Assembly (NCBI GenBank): GCA_904063045.1
Contig: CAJFCJ010000056.1
Coordinates: 1 to 64,000, forward strand
Direction: 5' to 3'
Source: Dimorphilus gyrociliatus
Taxonomy: Eukaryota; Animalia; Annelida
Length of the DNA: 64,000 nucleotides
The notes under the pieces were generated by a model. That model worked only from the letters and a program-made list of their open reading frames with translations, made no database searches and was not told the DNA's origin. The position numbers and the translations under genes are program-made. Below are positions 47,311-58,100 of this stretch, piece after piece (position 1 is the first letter of the stretch; every line of letters begins with the position of its first letter).

Positions 47311-50300
47311 AATATTTTGGAAGATTGAGATTTCTATTCTTTCTTTCCCTATATTGTTCTTTTGCCATGATGGATTTACAGAAGGCTGTAGCTCTTAACT
47401 GTACTAATTGCTGCTGGTGATTGAATACAAATAGTACATTTGTTTCAGGAGAGGTAGTATGCATTGTTACATCAATCAGTGTTCTTGTGCTGGTGCCAAA
47501 AAGAAGTTCCTGGGGTGGTAGTCTTGTACTTCCTACAGGTGATTGATTCAAAAATGCTTGAATCAAGGGTAGGTTTGCAACCCAGTTATGCTGATTTTCT
47601 TCCACCACTAATTTATTGATTTCCTTCCTCACTTCTCTATTTCTTCGTTCAACTAGTCCATTGCTCTGGCTTCTATAAGCTGTTGTTTGGATTTTCTCAA
47701 TACCTAATACCTTCATAAACTCTTTAAAAGCTTTACCAACAAAGTTTCTTCCTTGATCTGTCAACATTTGTTTTGGAATTCCAAAAATGGGAAAAAATCT
47801 GTTGAAAAGAAGGTTTGCAATTTCTTTACTGGTTTGCTGTTTGAGTGCATATAAAACTGTGTATCTACTGAAATGATCCACTATCACAAGTATGAATCTG
47901 TATGACTTAACCATGGGTAAGGGTCCCATTATATCCATGGCTACCAACTCCATTGGTGATGCAGGGTGAAAGGTTTCTACCAAAGGGTATACTCTACTCC
48001 TACCATTCATTTGTTCACACAAAGTGCAATCCTTTATTGAATTCTCAATCATAATCTTTAATTTTGGGTGCCAAAAGGTCTTTGTAATTATTTGTAATGT
48101 CATTCTGGGTCCATGGTGATTGTGAATTTTATTTTTATGGAATTTAGGGAGCAGAGTTAGCATCAAATGGTCAGGTAAAACCAGAATGTTTCTTTCTTCA
48201 AGGATAATCCAGATCATTTCCTTGTGAACAAACATCTCCATTATGAAAGGTGTAAAAGTTCCAAAATAAGGAATAGGTAGCTGACCATCCAATGTTAAAT
48301 ATTCTTTAATTGATTTTAAATTCACATCTTTTTCTTGCTCTGACTGTAAGTCAACAGAAGACAAATCAATTTTCTCTTCACTGTTATCACTGGTAGCTAC
48401 AAAAGTTAACTCTGGTGTATGTTCATACTGTTCCATTTTAACTGAAATAGAGGGAGAATTCTCCTTTTTGATCTTTCCATGAATTAGCTCTTCAAATGTT
48501 ACTTTCCTTGGGGGTGTATATTCTTCTAATCTTGTTAATGCATCTGCTCTATTTTTTCGTCCTGTCACATAGTTAATTGTAAATTTTAAATCCATTAAAG
48601 CCATGACCCATTTTGCTGTGCTGACATTCAATTTGTTTTGCTTAAATGTTTGTACTAGACTCTGATGGTCAGTATATAAAAAGAATGGCTTGTCTTGAAG
48701 GTAATGTAAAAATTTCTTTACAACCCAGTAAACACCAAATGCTTCCTTTTGATAGGCTGCATATTTCATTTGATTATTGTTGAATTGTTTTGAAGCATAG
48801 GCAATGGGTTTCATTGTTTTCTTCCCATTCTCATCTACATAAACTTGTTCAAGAACTCCTCCTACAGCTACATTCGATGCATCTGTTGTTAAGTGAAAAT
48901 CTTTAGCAAAATCAGGTAGTTGTAATACAGGAGGGTTAACTACTGCATCTCTCAACTTGAAAAATGATTGCTTGGCTTCCTCAGTCCATTGCAATTTATC
49001 CTTTTTCCCATGTAGTTTCATTAACATATACAGAGGTTTAGCTACTCTTGCAAAATCTTGTATAAATTTTCTGTAATAGCCACAAAATGCAACAAAGCTT
49101 AGTAGTGAATTTGCAAACACTGGTGGCTGTAAATTATATAATTTATCTGTCTTGGACTTATCTGTTTCAATCCCCTTTTCTGATACAATGTGTCCCAAGA
49201 ATTGAACTTGTTCTTTCAAAAACACACATTTACTTAGTTTAATCTTAAAATTGTACTTTTGAATCTGTTGAAGAATGGTCTCCAATGCTTCCCAATGTTG
49301 GTCCAGCGACTTGGTAAATATTATTATGTCATCAAGGTAGTTTAGGCACAAATGCTTTACATCCTTTAGCACAAATGAATTCATTACATAACTAAAATGA
49401 GGAGGGGCATTGGTTAATCCAAAAGGCATCTTAATAAATTCAAACAAGCCAAAAGGTGTAATAAATGCTGTTTTAGACCTATCTTCTTTCTTGATGTTAA
49501 TGTGGTGGTATGCACTTGTCAAATCCATTGTAGAAAAGAATTTATTTCCTCCTCCCAAATGGTCAAAAAGATCATCTTGATTTGGCAGTGGATACTTGTT
49601 TTTAACTGTCATTTTGTTTAGTTTTCTATAATCTACACACATTCGTAGACTACCTTCCTTCTTTCTTACGAAAACAATTGGTGAAGCCCAATTGCTCTTG
49701 CTTGGTTGAATAACTTTGCTTTTTACCAATTCAGCTATCTGTTGCTTACATTCTTCTTGTTTTTGAGGAGGCATTCTATATGGCCTTTGTCTATATGGTG
49801 TTGAACCTGGTTCAAGAGTTATTTCCAAGGGTGGTACCTCTGGATTGCCAATATCAAATCTGTCTTCTGCAATAGTTTCTTTATATTTTGCCAGAATTTG
49901 GGTAACTTTGTTCTTCATCTCGGGATTTTCTTGTTCAATTGTTGTCTGAAGGGTATGTATTTGACTCTCATTCTTTTTCATAATAAGAGGAACTGGGTAA
50001 AACCCTTTGAAAGATAAGTGTTGTGTTCCAACAGGGTAATTCTTTTCTGTACCTGGCTGGAGTATAATCTGTCTCTTGCCAAAGTCAAGGGTAGCTCCAT
50101 TTTGTTGTAGAAAGTCACACCCAATAATACATTGTTGTGTAATGATTTTGTTGATCAGAAAGCGTTGTTTAATAATCTTTTCATTAAAATAAAGTCTGAG
50201 AATGATTTCTCCACATATCTCGATGCTATTTCCTGAAGCATCTCTAGCATTTTTCACAGTTTGTTCTGGGAAGGATGCTTTTCCTTGAACTTGTCTTAAT

Positions 50301-50494
50301 ACCTTTTTTGAAATGAAAGATCTGTCACTACCAGAGTCTATCAAGGCATCAAACTTAAAACCAGTATTAGTTTCAAATTGTCCAATAAATGTTGAAGCAT
50401 TTCGCTCAGATTGTTTGCTTTGTAACAGCTGACAAGTGGATTCGTCACTATCTGAAAAACAGAGAATATCTTGAACTTCGTCGTTTTCTGACAT
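47285..50494 (-). CDS. pol: Gypsy Pol (protease, RT, RNase H, integrase)
   Basis: LIDSGSDRSFI; RMCVDYRKLN; YLDD (49328-49339); TDASNVAVGGVL..TDHQSL; HHGPR..C..C, MDIMGP, TDQGRNF, NGLVER. Confidence 0.97.
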   Translation of the reverse strand: MSENDEVQDILCFSDSDESTCQLLQSKQSERNASTFIGQFETNTGFKFDALIDSGSDRSFISKKVLRQVQGKASFPEQTVKNARDASGNSIEICGEIILRLYFNEKIIKQRFLINKIITQQCIIGCDFLQQNGATLDFGKRQIILQPGTEKNYPVGTQHLSFKGFYPVPLIMKKNESQIHTLQTTIEQENPEMKNKVTQILAKYKETIAEDRFDIGNPEVPPLEITLEPGSTPYRQRPYRMPPQKQEECKQQIAELVKSKVIQPSKSNWASPIVFVRKKEGSLRMCVDYRKLNKMTVKNKYPLPNQDDLFDHLGGGNKFFSTMDLTSAYHHINIKKEDRSKTAFITPFGLFEFIKMPFGLTNAPPHFSYVMNSFVLKDVKHLCLNYLDDIIIFTKSLDQHWEALETILQQIQKYNFKIKLSKCVFLKEQVQFLGHIVSEKGIETDKSKTDKLYNLQPPVFANSLLSFVAFCGYYRKFIQDFARVAKPLYMLMKLHGKKDKLQWTEEAKQSFFKLRDAVVNPPVLQLPDFAKDFHLTTDASNVAVGGVLEQVYVDENGKKTMKPIAYASKQFNNNQMKYAAYQKEAFGVYWVVKKFLHYLQDKPFFLYTDHQSLVQTFKQNKLNVSTAKWVMALMDLKFTINYVTGRKNRADALTRLEEYTPPRKVTFEELIHGKIKKENSPSISVKMEQYEHTPELTFVATSDNSEEKIDLSSVDLQSEQEKDVNLKSIKEYLTLDGQLPIPYFGTFTPFIMEMFVHKEMIWIILEERNILVLPDHLMLTLLPKFHKNKIHNHHGPRMTLQIITKTFWHPKLKIMIENSIKDCTLCEQMNGRSRVYPLVETFHPASPMELVAMDIMGPLPMVKSYRFILVIVDHFSRYTVLYALKQQTSKEIANLLFNRFFPIFGIPKQMLTDQGRNFVGKAFKEFMKVLGIEKIQTTAYRSQSNGLVERRNREVRKEINKLVVEENQHNWVANLPLIQAFLNQSPVGSTRLPPQELLFGTSTRTLIDVTMHTTSPETNVLFVFNHQQQLVQLRATAFCKSIMAKEQYRERKNRNLNLPKYLRLMMKYS

Positions 50495-50541
50495 GCTTTC
50501 ATTGTCTAATGTTTCTAATTTTTGTAGCTTAGGTTCCTCTT

Positions 50542-51699
50542 TCAGTATCGTCTTTGCTGGTTGATTTTTCTTATAATACCTATTTGTTGTAGTTGGTGCA
50601 TACTTTTGGACTTTTGGCTTGAAAACTTTTCTTTAGTAGCATTTTTGTTGTCAGGTACATGCTTTCTATTCCAGAAATTTGGGGTTTCTGTAGAAGCATC
50701 TTTTCTGATTACCTGGGTCTTTTTGGTCTCTTTTCTTTGTTGAGTTTCCAATTTTGACACCATTGTGATCGGTTTTCTTTGAGTTAGTTTTAATGAAGTT
50801 TCTGCTTGCTTAGCAGCCTCATATAGTTCTGCCAATGTTTGACATTTAGGATGTAAGGTGTACACTAAATGTAGAATATCCTGTTGTAATCCTCTTTGTA
50901 AAACTTCCATCAGTTTTATTTCTTTCATAGTTGCAAGCAATTGTGGTTCCATTGGTCTAGGTGGAGAAAACCTCTTTATCAATTTCTTTGCTCTATTAAC
51001 AAACTGAACCACACTTTCGCCATTCATTTGCTTTAAGTTAAGCAATTTCTCCTGATACTCCAAAGGATCTAGATCAAATTCGTCATGGAGGGCTTTCCAT
51101 ATTTCCTCCACAGTAGGCTCTCCATCCAGAGCCAACACCAAATCCTTTGCAGGACCAGTTAAATAATCTAAAAGATTTGCTTTCACAACATCTTCTCCTA
51201 TCCAACCATAAGCATAACATGCCTGATTAAAGTCTTCTTTGAATTTTGAACACTCCTTGCTTCCATCATACAACTTGAGAATAGTTCTTTGAGGGCGGTC
51301 CCAAGCAGCCCTTAATGCTTGAATTACTGTTGTGATATCAACATTTGGGTTCTGTGCTGGGTGATGTGTTCCATCTCCATGATCTGTTGGAATTGTGATT
51401 CGATTTCTTTTCATTTCACTCACCAATCTATCATAGTCTTCAATTAGTCTTTGTTGCCTTTCTGACATTCCTGCTGGCTGAATTGTAATTGTTGGAGTTG
51501 CTGGGGTTGAAGGGTTAGAGTCTGTAACTGCCCCAGTGGCGTTTCCATTTCCTCCTTCTGCCATATTTACTTTCTCAAAACTTTTGAATAAACCAAAAGA
51601 ATATCCTGTCGACTGCGCCAAATTTGTACTGCTCTTGCTGGCAAAATCTATGCGTTTGCAAGTTATAACAATACTGGTTCTACTCGAACCTTTAAACAA
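50542..51699 (-). CDS. gag: Gypsy Gag (probable start MAEGG inside the ORF; the first codons overlap the LTR)
   Basis: YDGS..FKEDF..YGW..LTGPAK..LKQMNGESVVQFVNR..QRGLQ retrotransposon gag pattern. Confidence 0.9.
   Translation of the reverse strand: MFKGSSRTSIVITCKRIDFASKSSTNLAQSTGYSFGLFKSFEKVNMAEGGNGNATGAVTDSNPSTPATPTITIQPAGMSERQQRLIEDYDRLVSEMKRNRITIPTDHGDGTHHPAQNPNVDITTVIQALRAAWDRPQRTILKLYDGSKECSKFKEDFNQACYAYGWIGEDVVKANLLDYLTGPAKDLVLALDGEPTVEEIWKALHDEFDLDPLEYQEKLLNLKQMNGESVVQFVNRAKKLIKRFSPPRPMEPQLLATMKEIKLMEVLQRGLQQDILHLVYTLHPKCQTLAELYEAAKQAETSLKLTQRKPITMVSKLETQQRKETKKTQVIRKDASTETPNFWNRKHVPDNKNATKEKFSSQKSKSMHQLQQIGIIRKINQQRRY
51603..51620 (-). promoter_or_regulatory. Primer binding site, tRNA-Ser
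   Basis: Minus strand TGGCGCAGTCGACAGGAT, complementary to the tRNA-Ser 3' end (..ATCCTGCCGACTGCGCCA-type). Confidence 0.8.
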
Positions 51700-52259
51700 A
51701 TGTTTAAATTAAAATGGTTTATTCGCAATAATAATACTTAAGCAAGTAACAATATGAGAGTTCGATAGCAGAGTAGATAGTTTGTAAAAGCAGGTTGCCA
51801 AATTACCAAACTGTCTTCTAATGTTGAGGAGTAGATGGATGGTTCCAGTGGAGGTTGTTTCCAGATGATTTTCCCAGGTCCTTGGGTCCAGATGGAAGCT
51901 GCATGCCAAATGAGAATAATGAGGATTTATATACTTTGAGGTTTGTCTCTGACATCCAATCATCACTTTACAGTTGCCGAAATGTGTAGTTCATATTTAT
52001 CTTTAGTAACAGGATGTTACAAGGTTCAACATTTAGGAAGGTTAATTGAATTATAACTTGGCCACACCCTAGGCAAGTTAATTAAATTATAACTTGGCCA
52101 AACCTTTATTGGTAATTAAAGATGAGCCTTCAAGCTGACTAATCAGACTTATGTTTGGCCAATGTTATAGCATTTTCTTGCGTAGGTTTTAAGATGTACA
52201 TGTATATGTTGCATAAAATAATAGAGTTCAAGCATGTAAAATATAACCAAAGTTGTACA
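51625..52259 (-). repeat. 5' LTR
   Basis: Direct repeat of 42944-43578. Confidence 0.97.
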
Positions 52260-53699
52260 ATAGGAGCGGCCATTTTTTTATATTCAATTTATGGTCTAAT
52301 TTATAGTTATCCTTCTAAGAAGTTTAAAATTAAGAAAAAACAAGATCAGCGACAATGGAAACATTTTAAAAGATTCTAAAACGCTTGGTAAGAATATTAG
52401 AACTGAAAGTATGCTGTTTGGTGTTACAACAATATATCTACTCAGTTGGTTTCCAGCTTCATTTTCAATTGCTGATAATTTGTCTTCAAATATTATACTC
52501 TTTCACATATATCTTGTTAATAATTCTACAAATTTTTTTATATATTTTCTATTTCAAAAGACATTTTGTGAAAATTTGGCAAAGTTTTTTTTTTGTAAAA
52601 ATTTCAGGCATTCATCATCATCATTATCATCATCATCCTAAAACTTAAGCCTAACTAACTGTAAATAAAAGTAAGTAAACATCAAAAATTTGGTATTTGG
52701 CAATATTTTTAAAGTTTTAACCCATCTCTCTCATTTCTGGAAAGAGTAAGAATTCATTTCTCGTTGTATTCTTTGTAAAAATCTTAGATTCTAATAAACT
52801 AAATGTTGTTAATATATTTTTTTTTATAAGCTTAATTATTTTAATTAGCCTCCATTAACTAAATTGTCTATTTGGCAGTTTCCATGGAAATATCTACTAA
52901 TTTCCAAAATGGGTCTTCTTCCTCACTCATTTACCAATTCAGTAAGATCTCTTTCAATGTGTTTGATGACTTAAACTAATCCATTGCAAAATGTCAACAA
53001 ATACACTTTCCATTTGTGTATTTAAGCATAAATTTTTAGTTTCAATTTTGGAACAATTTTTAAGCATATTTCCAAGTTTCTTTGATTGAATATCATTTAG
53101 ACTTTAATAACTGAAATCAATATCTTTTACAGTTTACTTTTTATGTAAAGATTTATGAAGGCAAACAGTTAGATGATACTTTAAAAGATGATTGTTATGC
53201 CTGAATCCATTGTTTACTGGAGGAGAATTCTTAAAAAATCTGACCTATAAAAAATTAATCAGAAAGGTTAAAAAATTTTTCACTTTTGTTTTTATTCATT
53301 TTTGAAAAATGTTTTTGCAATTCAACAAATAAGATCTGATGACCCTATTAGATGGTTTGTATTGGGGTCTGCCATATTTGTATGTTGGGTAAGGGTTAGG
53401 TAAAAATCCCGAGTTACACACTCAATGAGCACTACCCCAGAAAGTTTTGTTCTCACTCTAAGATCTTTACTGTATGATTCTAGGAGCAGATACTCCTCTT
53501 GTCTCTTTTCACTAGGAAGTCAATTTTCCCAGTAGAATTGCTAGGAGGTTGACTGCACTATGACTGTCTCTCCATATTTCGAGGTCTTATTACCTCTTTG
53601 TTAGGCAATTTGGTTGCTTGATCTTAGGACAATTTTTTGCTACAATCTGACAATTAATTCACAATTTTAACTTCAGTTGGGGGTTGGTAAGGGCTTAAC

Positions 53700-53895
53700 T
53701 TAAATTAACTTTTTTTCAACATTTTGGATGAATTGAAAGTATATTGAACAGGTTGTATATCTGGATGATAGATAAGACGATTTCGATGTCCTCCACAAGC
53801 AAACATTCAATAGCAATACCAATAGCTCCAATGGCATCTAATCTATTTGCATCTTGTACAATTTGACATTCTAAACTTGGCTTTTCCAGGCCATT
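53700..53895 (-). pseudogene. HD-domain phosphohydrolase fragment (YedJ-like)
   Basis: LECQIVQDANRLDAIGAIGIA, then frameshifted ..CGGHRNRLIYHPDIQP. Confidence 0.6.
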
Positions 53896-55183
53896 TTCAG
53901 ACAGTAAAATTATCATAGATACCATTCAAGTGTGATAAAACACATATGGGAAAGAGAGGCAAGTTTTTAGGATAGCATTTTAAATGTGCAACCTTTTTAT
54001 ACATAAGAATGTATAAGAAACCAAAAAGCGCCCTCTAGTAGATTTTTATAAATATTATATAGTATAGTTCCAAAAATCTTTTCATAGTAGTAATCAACTT
54101 TTTTAAATTCAAGTAAACCCAAACACTAAAAGCAAGAGTTAGAGATTGTGATAGAGATAGATGATTGGAATGAAAATACAGGAGCTTATATACTCTTTGG
54201 TGAGTTGATGATATCCAATCATTGGTTTGAAGTTGGTGAATGCTCTAGTTCATGTTTATATTTAGTAATAGGATGTTACAAAGTCCACTAGACATAGTCC
54301 TTATCTTTTTTGGAAGCAAATTGAATTATAACTAGTCTAAAAGTGACTGTGTTGTGATTTGTGATGGGATGTATCTATCTTACTTAAAATCAATTACTGT
54401 TTTTTAAGTGTTGAACAATCAAGGTGTCCAAGAGAAACATTTGAGAATTTGAGTAAAATGACTTTCTGGAGAAGAATGTCCTGATTTTGTAGAATATGAA
54501 TATTAGATAAGAAATTTCTTGGGTTACTACTTGTACGGGATAATAGAAGAGTAAAAACCTGACATACAGTTTAAACTGAACTATATATTCACACAGAATG
54601 TGGGCGTGGCAATATAGTAAAGAACTCTTATCATTCGAAGCGTATATTTATTTTGTATCAATTTTTAAACTTTCTTACACTTGCTTCCCTCTGTAGGCAT
54701 TTTCTAAGAATATTTCCAAAGTTTACTATGCTATTACTTGTTTGGTCTGTTTGCGAAGCAGTAAGACAATTGGCTTCAATGTAAAATTTCTTATTCTGAA
54801 AGAAAAACAAAAACAACGAAAGTAGTCTTTTTTGTCAGATAATTAAAAAAAAAAAATCTAAAGCAAAGCTTAAAAAATTCACTTTAAGAAAGATATTTTT
54901 AATACCAAAATCTTCAACTAGAATTAGAGAGAATTTGTTTGCCTATGCAACAGCCGTAATAACATGTCTATATAGACAATATATTGATATTATTGACTCG
55001 GCAACTTTTTCAACGCACAAACTACTCAAGTTCTCCAGCAGACAATTCGGTAGAATAAAATTTTCCTTAAAGTTATTAGAAAATAAAATTACTAAGAGAA
55101 TATAGAAAAGAAAACTGGTATTGAGTTGTTGTTGATGTTCCAAGGACACTTACTATTGCTTGTTAATTTAAATGTCATATTTT

Positions 55184-58100
55184 CTAGATGTTTTTTCCTG
55201 AAATAATACAATTAATAGCATTTATAGTAAAAAAAAAAAAAACCTTGTTAATTTGTTCATACTCAGCTTCTCGAATTTTGATTTGTTGTTTTTTATAAAA
55301 CATAATTATTTCGGAAAAAGTATAAACAATTGGATTACACAGAGAGTTCAATGGCAGAAAAATAACAACAATTAAACTATAAATATCTTGATTGATATTC
55401 ATATTAAATACAACTGATGAAAAACCTATAATATGGTATAAACGTCAGAAGTGACGTCATTTTATTGTTGTAGATATTATATGTAGTCGATGAATGAGTA
55501 GCGAGCGTAGGTTATGGCTAAATTCACCAACTTTACTCGATATACGTGTTAAAGATTTAAGGTATATACTAGTAAATATAGCAGTAATAATAAGTAATAA
55601 CGTGTCAAGATAATAAGAGGTAGTGAAAATACGGTTAGGTTTTAAATATGTGTAATGTAAAGTAATTATAAAATAACATAAAGGGAATTTGGCTGACCGC
55701 CAAATTTAGGCGATGTACCCGTCGACTACATTATATAATACCTAGAAAAGAAATTGGAAGCCAACAAGAAATATTTGTTAGAACTATAACCAATGCAGTT
55801 GTCTGGACTTTTTTTGTTACTTTTCCAGAACAGTTATTCTTTATCATTTTACTACTTTTATACAATGATAAGAGTAGTATTAAATAAATAATTAATATTA
55901 ATATCGATATCAGAAACATTAATATGCTATAAAGAAAAAATGACCATTGCCAGCCCCTAGTCTTTATAATTCCTATTTGAATATTTATACAGATTGGTAA
56001 CAACTGGTAATAATTCTAGAAAATAGGCAACAAAATTATTTTTAATTGTTTAGGGTTCATTTCAGTTTTGTTTGTTTTATCTTGTTAAGTTTTTACCTTG
56101 AATGTATAGAGTGGTATCAATGAGAATAATAGAGCAAAGGATAGTATTATAATGGATGTCATTGTGGTTATTTTGTTTGTAAAGTACAAACTCATTGGAA
56201 ACTTAACGACTAAATATCTTTCAATTGTTATTATTAATAGATTGAACGATGAAAAAAACTATTAGATCTGAACAGGAAGTAAACTTGGTTGATTTTGGTT
56301 GGCAACTTTTAATGTAGGACTGAAATTTCCATACAAAACAGCATAGATTAAAATATTCACTTTTCACAATTTCAATTGATTTAATATGTTTTGATAAATG
56401 GATTAAATACTTTTCAGGTAAAATACTATTCAAAAAGTATAAATATTTCAAATTTGTCGCGTGTAGAAAAACATCTTGTTCAATTTTTATAAAATTACAA
56501 TCATTTATTGTCAAATTTATCAAATTTTTTAAATTTGAAAAATACTGTCTCTTCAAAATATTTAATGAAACATTTTTCAGTGTTAAAGAGACTAATTTTG
56601 GAAAAATAGTAAACTCTAGATTAGCTACATCAATAATTTTGATATGCTCAAGTTGAAAATACTGTAACAGAGAAAAGCAACGTTTTTTATCGAAATGATA
56701 AGAGAAATTTAAAAACATTTGAGAAAGATGAATATCGAATAAATTTGGAAATTCTTCACTTATTGGAAAGTTGAGTATACAATTTATAAAAGATATTGAT
56801 TGTATTTGATAAAATTTCTTCGATGATTTTGACTTTTCTTTTGATATGATTGCGGAATTTGACAATAACCTTTTAAATAAGGGATTATTTTGATTCTTTA
56901 GAGTTATATCTTTGGAACAATATATTGAAAAATTCTCAATGACAGGTTCGCAGTTAAGAAATTTATTTTCATAAGGACAATTCATTTCGTCGCTACCATC
57001 TAAACAGTCGAGTTCACCATCGCAGATCTTATTTATTTCAACAATGCCTTTTGTTTCTTTACACCTGAAGAAACTTTCCAATGAATGTTGACCTAAATTG
57101 AAAAAGAGTGAATAAACTAGGATTGATAGGATTTCACACTCTAGCAATTTACTGCAATTATCTTCATCATCACCCTTTCTGCAATGGAATACACGGTCGC
57201 AAACTAATACAATGGAAATACAGTAATTGTCATCATTGCACAAATACTCTCCATGAGCACACATTCTCTTTCTGCAATTTGAAAGATATTTGAATGGAGG
57301 GTGTAGATTTGGTTTGTATTGATTTTTGATGTTTTTAAAAAGTTTACATTTAGTATTGAAAGATCTTATAAGTAAAACTCTACAAAAGTCTTCATTGATT
57401 GGTTGATTAGAAAATTCAAATTAATCATTAAACAAAAAATTGTACTGTTAATTCTCGACTGATTTCCAAATGATTGAGTTGATTTTCTAACTGCATAGGC
57501 CAAATCTGAACATTTATCAGTTTCATCACTCCCATCTTCACAATGTCTAAATCCATCACAAATTTCATTAAAATTAATATTCTTATTCTTATCACAAATC
57601 ATAATGCAATCTGTTTTTTATTTTGATAAACGTTTCATTTTATTATCAAAATACTTTTTGAAAAATTTTTGACAAACTCGAATGAGATTGCAAATCAGAT
57701 TTGTCAATACAATGTATTTTACCAACATGGGTTTGTACGCATTGTTTACTTTTGCATTTACTATAAATCTCAAAAATTCAAAATTTTAAAAAACAATAAA
57801 TGACAAATGTTTGATTTTGATATTTAATAGTTACAAGTTTGACTGATCACTACAATCTGGATAATCTGCTTTATAAAAATATTCAATTAATTCCTATAGT
57901 TCACGATTTTGTGGAGTTGTTTCATTAAAAAAAAAAAAAAAATTTTTCACCGCAATTTTCTTTGTCTAATCCATTTTTACAATCATTTTTAAAATTACAG
58001 AGAAAACGATATAGAATCGTTTCGTTATGGTCGCAATAGAATAATTTTTCTTGTCTACAATTTTCCTCATCTTCACCAGAATTGCAATCGTTATCTCTGT

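Larger units (their letters stand above)
42944..52259 (-). mobile_element. Full-length Ty3/Gypsy LTR retrotransposon with env and accessory ORFs (9316 bp)
   Basis: LTRs 51625-52259 and 42944-43578 (635 bp, TGTAC..GTACA, ~5 substitutions), PBS, PPT, and gag/pol (PR-RT-RH-IN order)/env; flanks ATAT/ATAG. Confidence 0.97.
42720..52641 (+). pseudogene. Class A GPCR remnant (TM4-TM7) split by the Gypsy insertion
   Basis: Removing the element gives FFHVSHLSIGAAIFLYSIYGLIYSY (TM5-like); 52411-52641 MLFGVTTIYLLSWFP..YLVNNSTNFFIY (TM6-7). Confidence 0.6.

Noticed and set aside
50495-50640. Programmed -1 frameshift signal between gag and pol
   Set aside because: The frames overlap in -1, but I found no canonical X XXY YYZ heptamer; it may be a simple indel.
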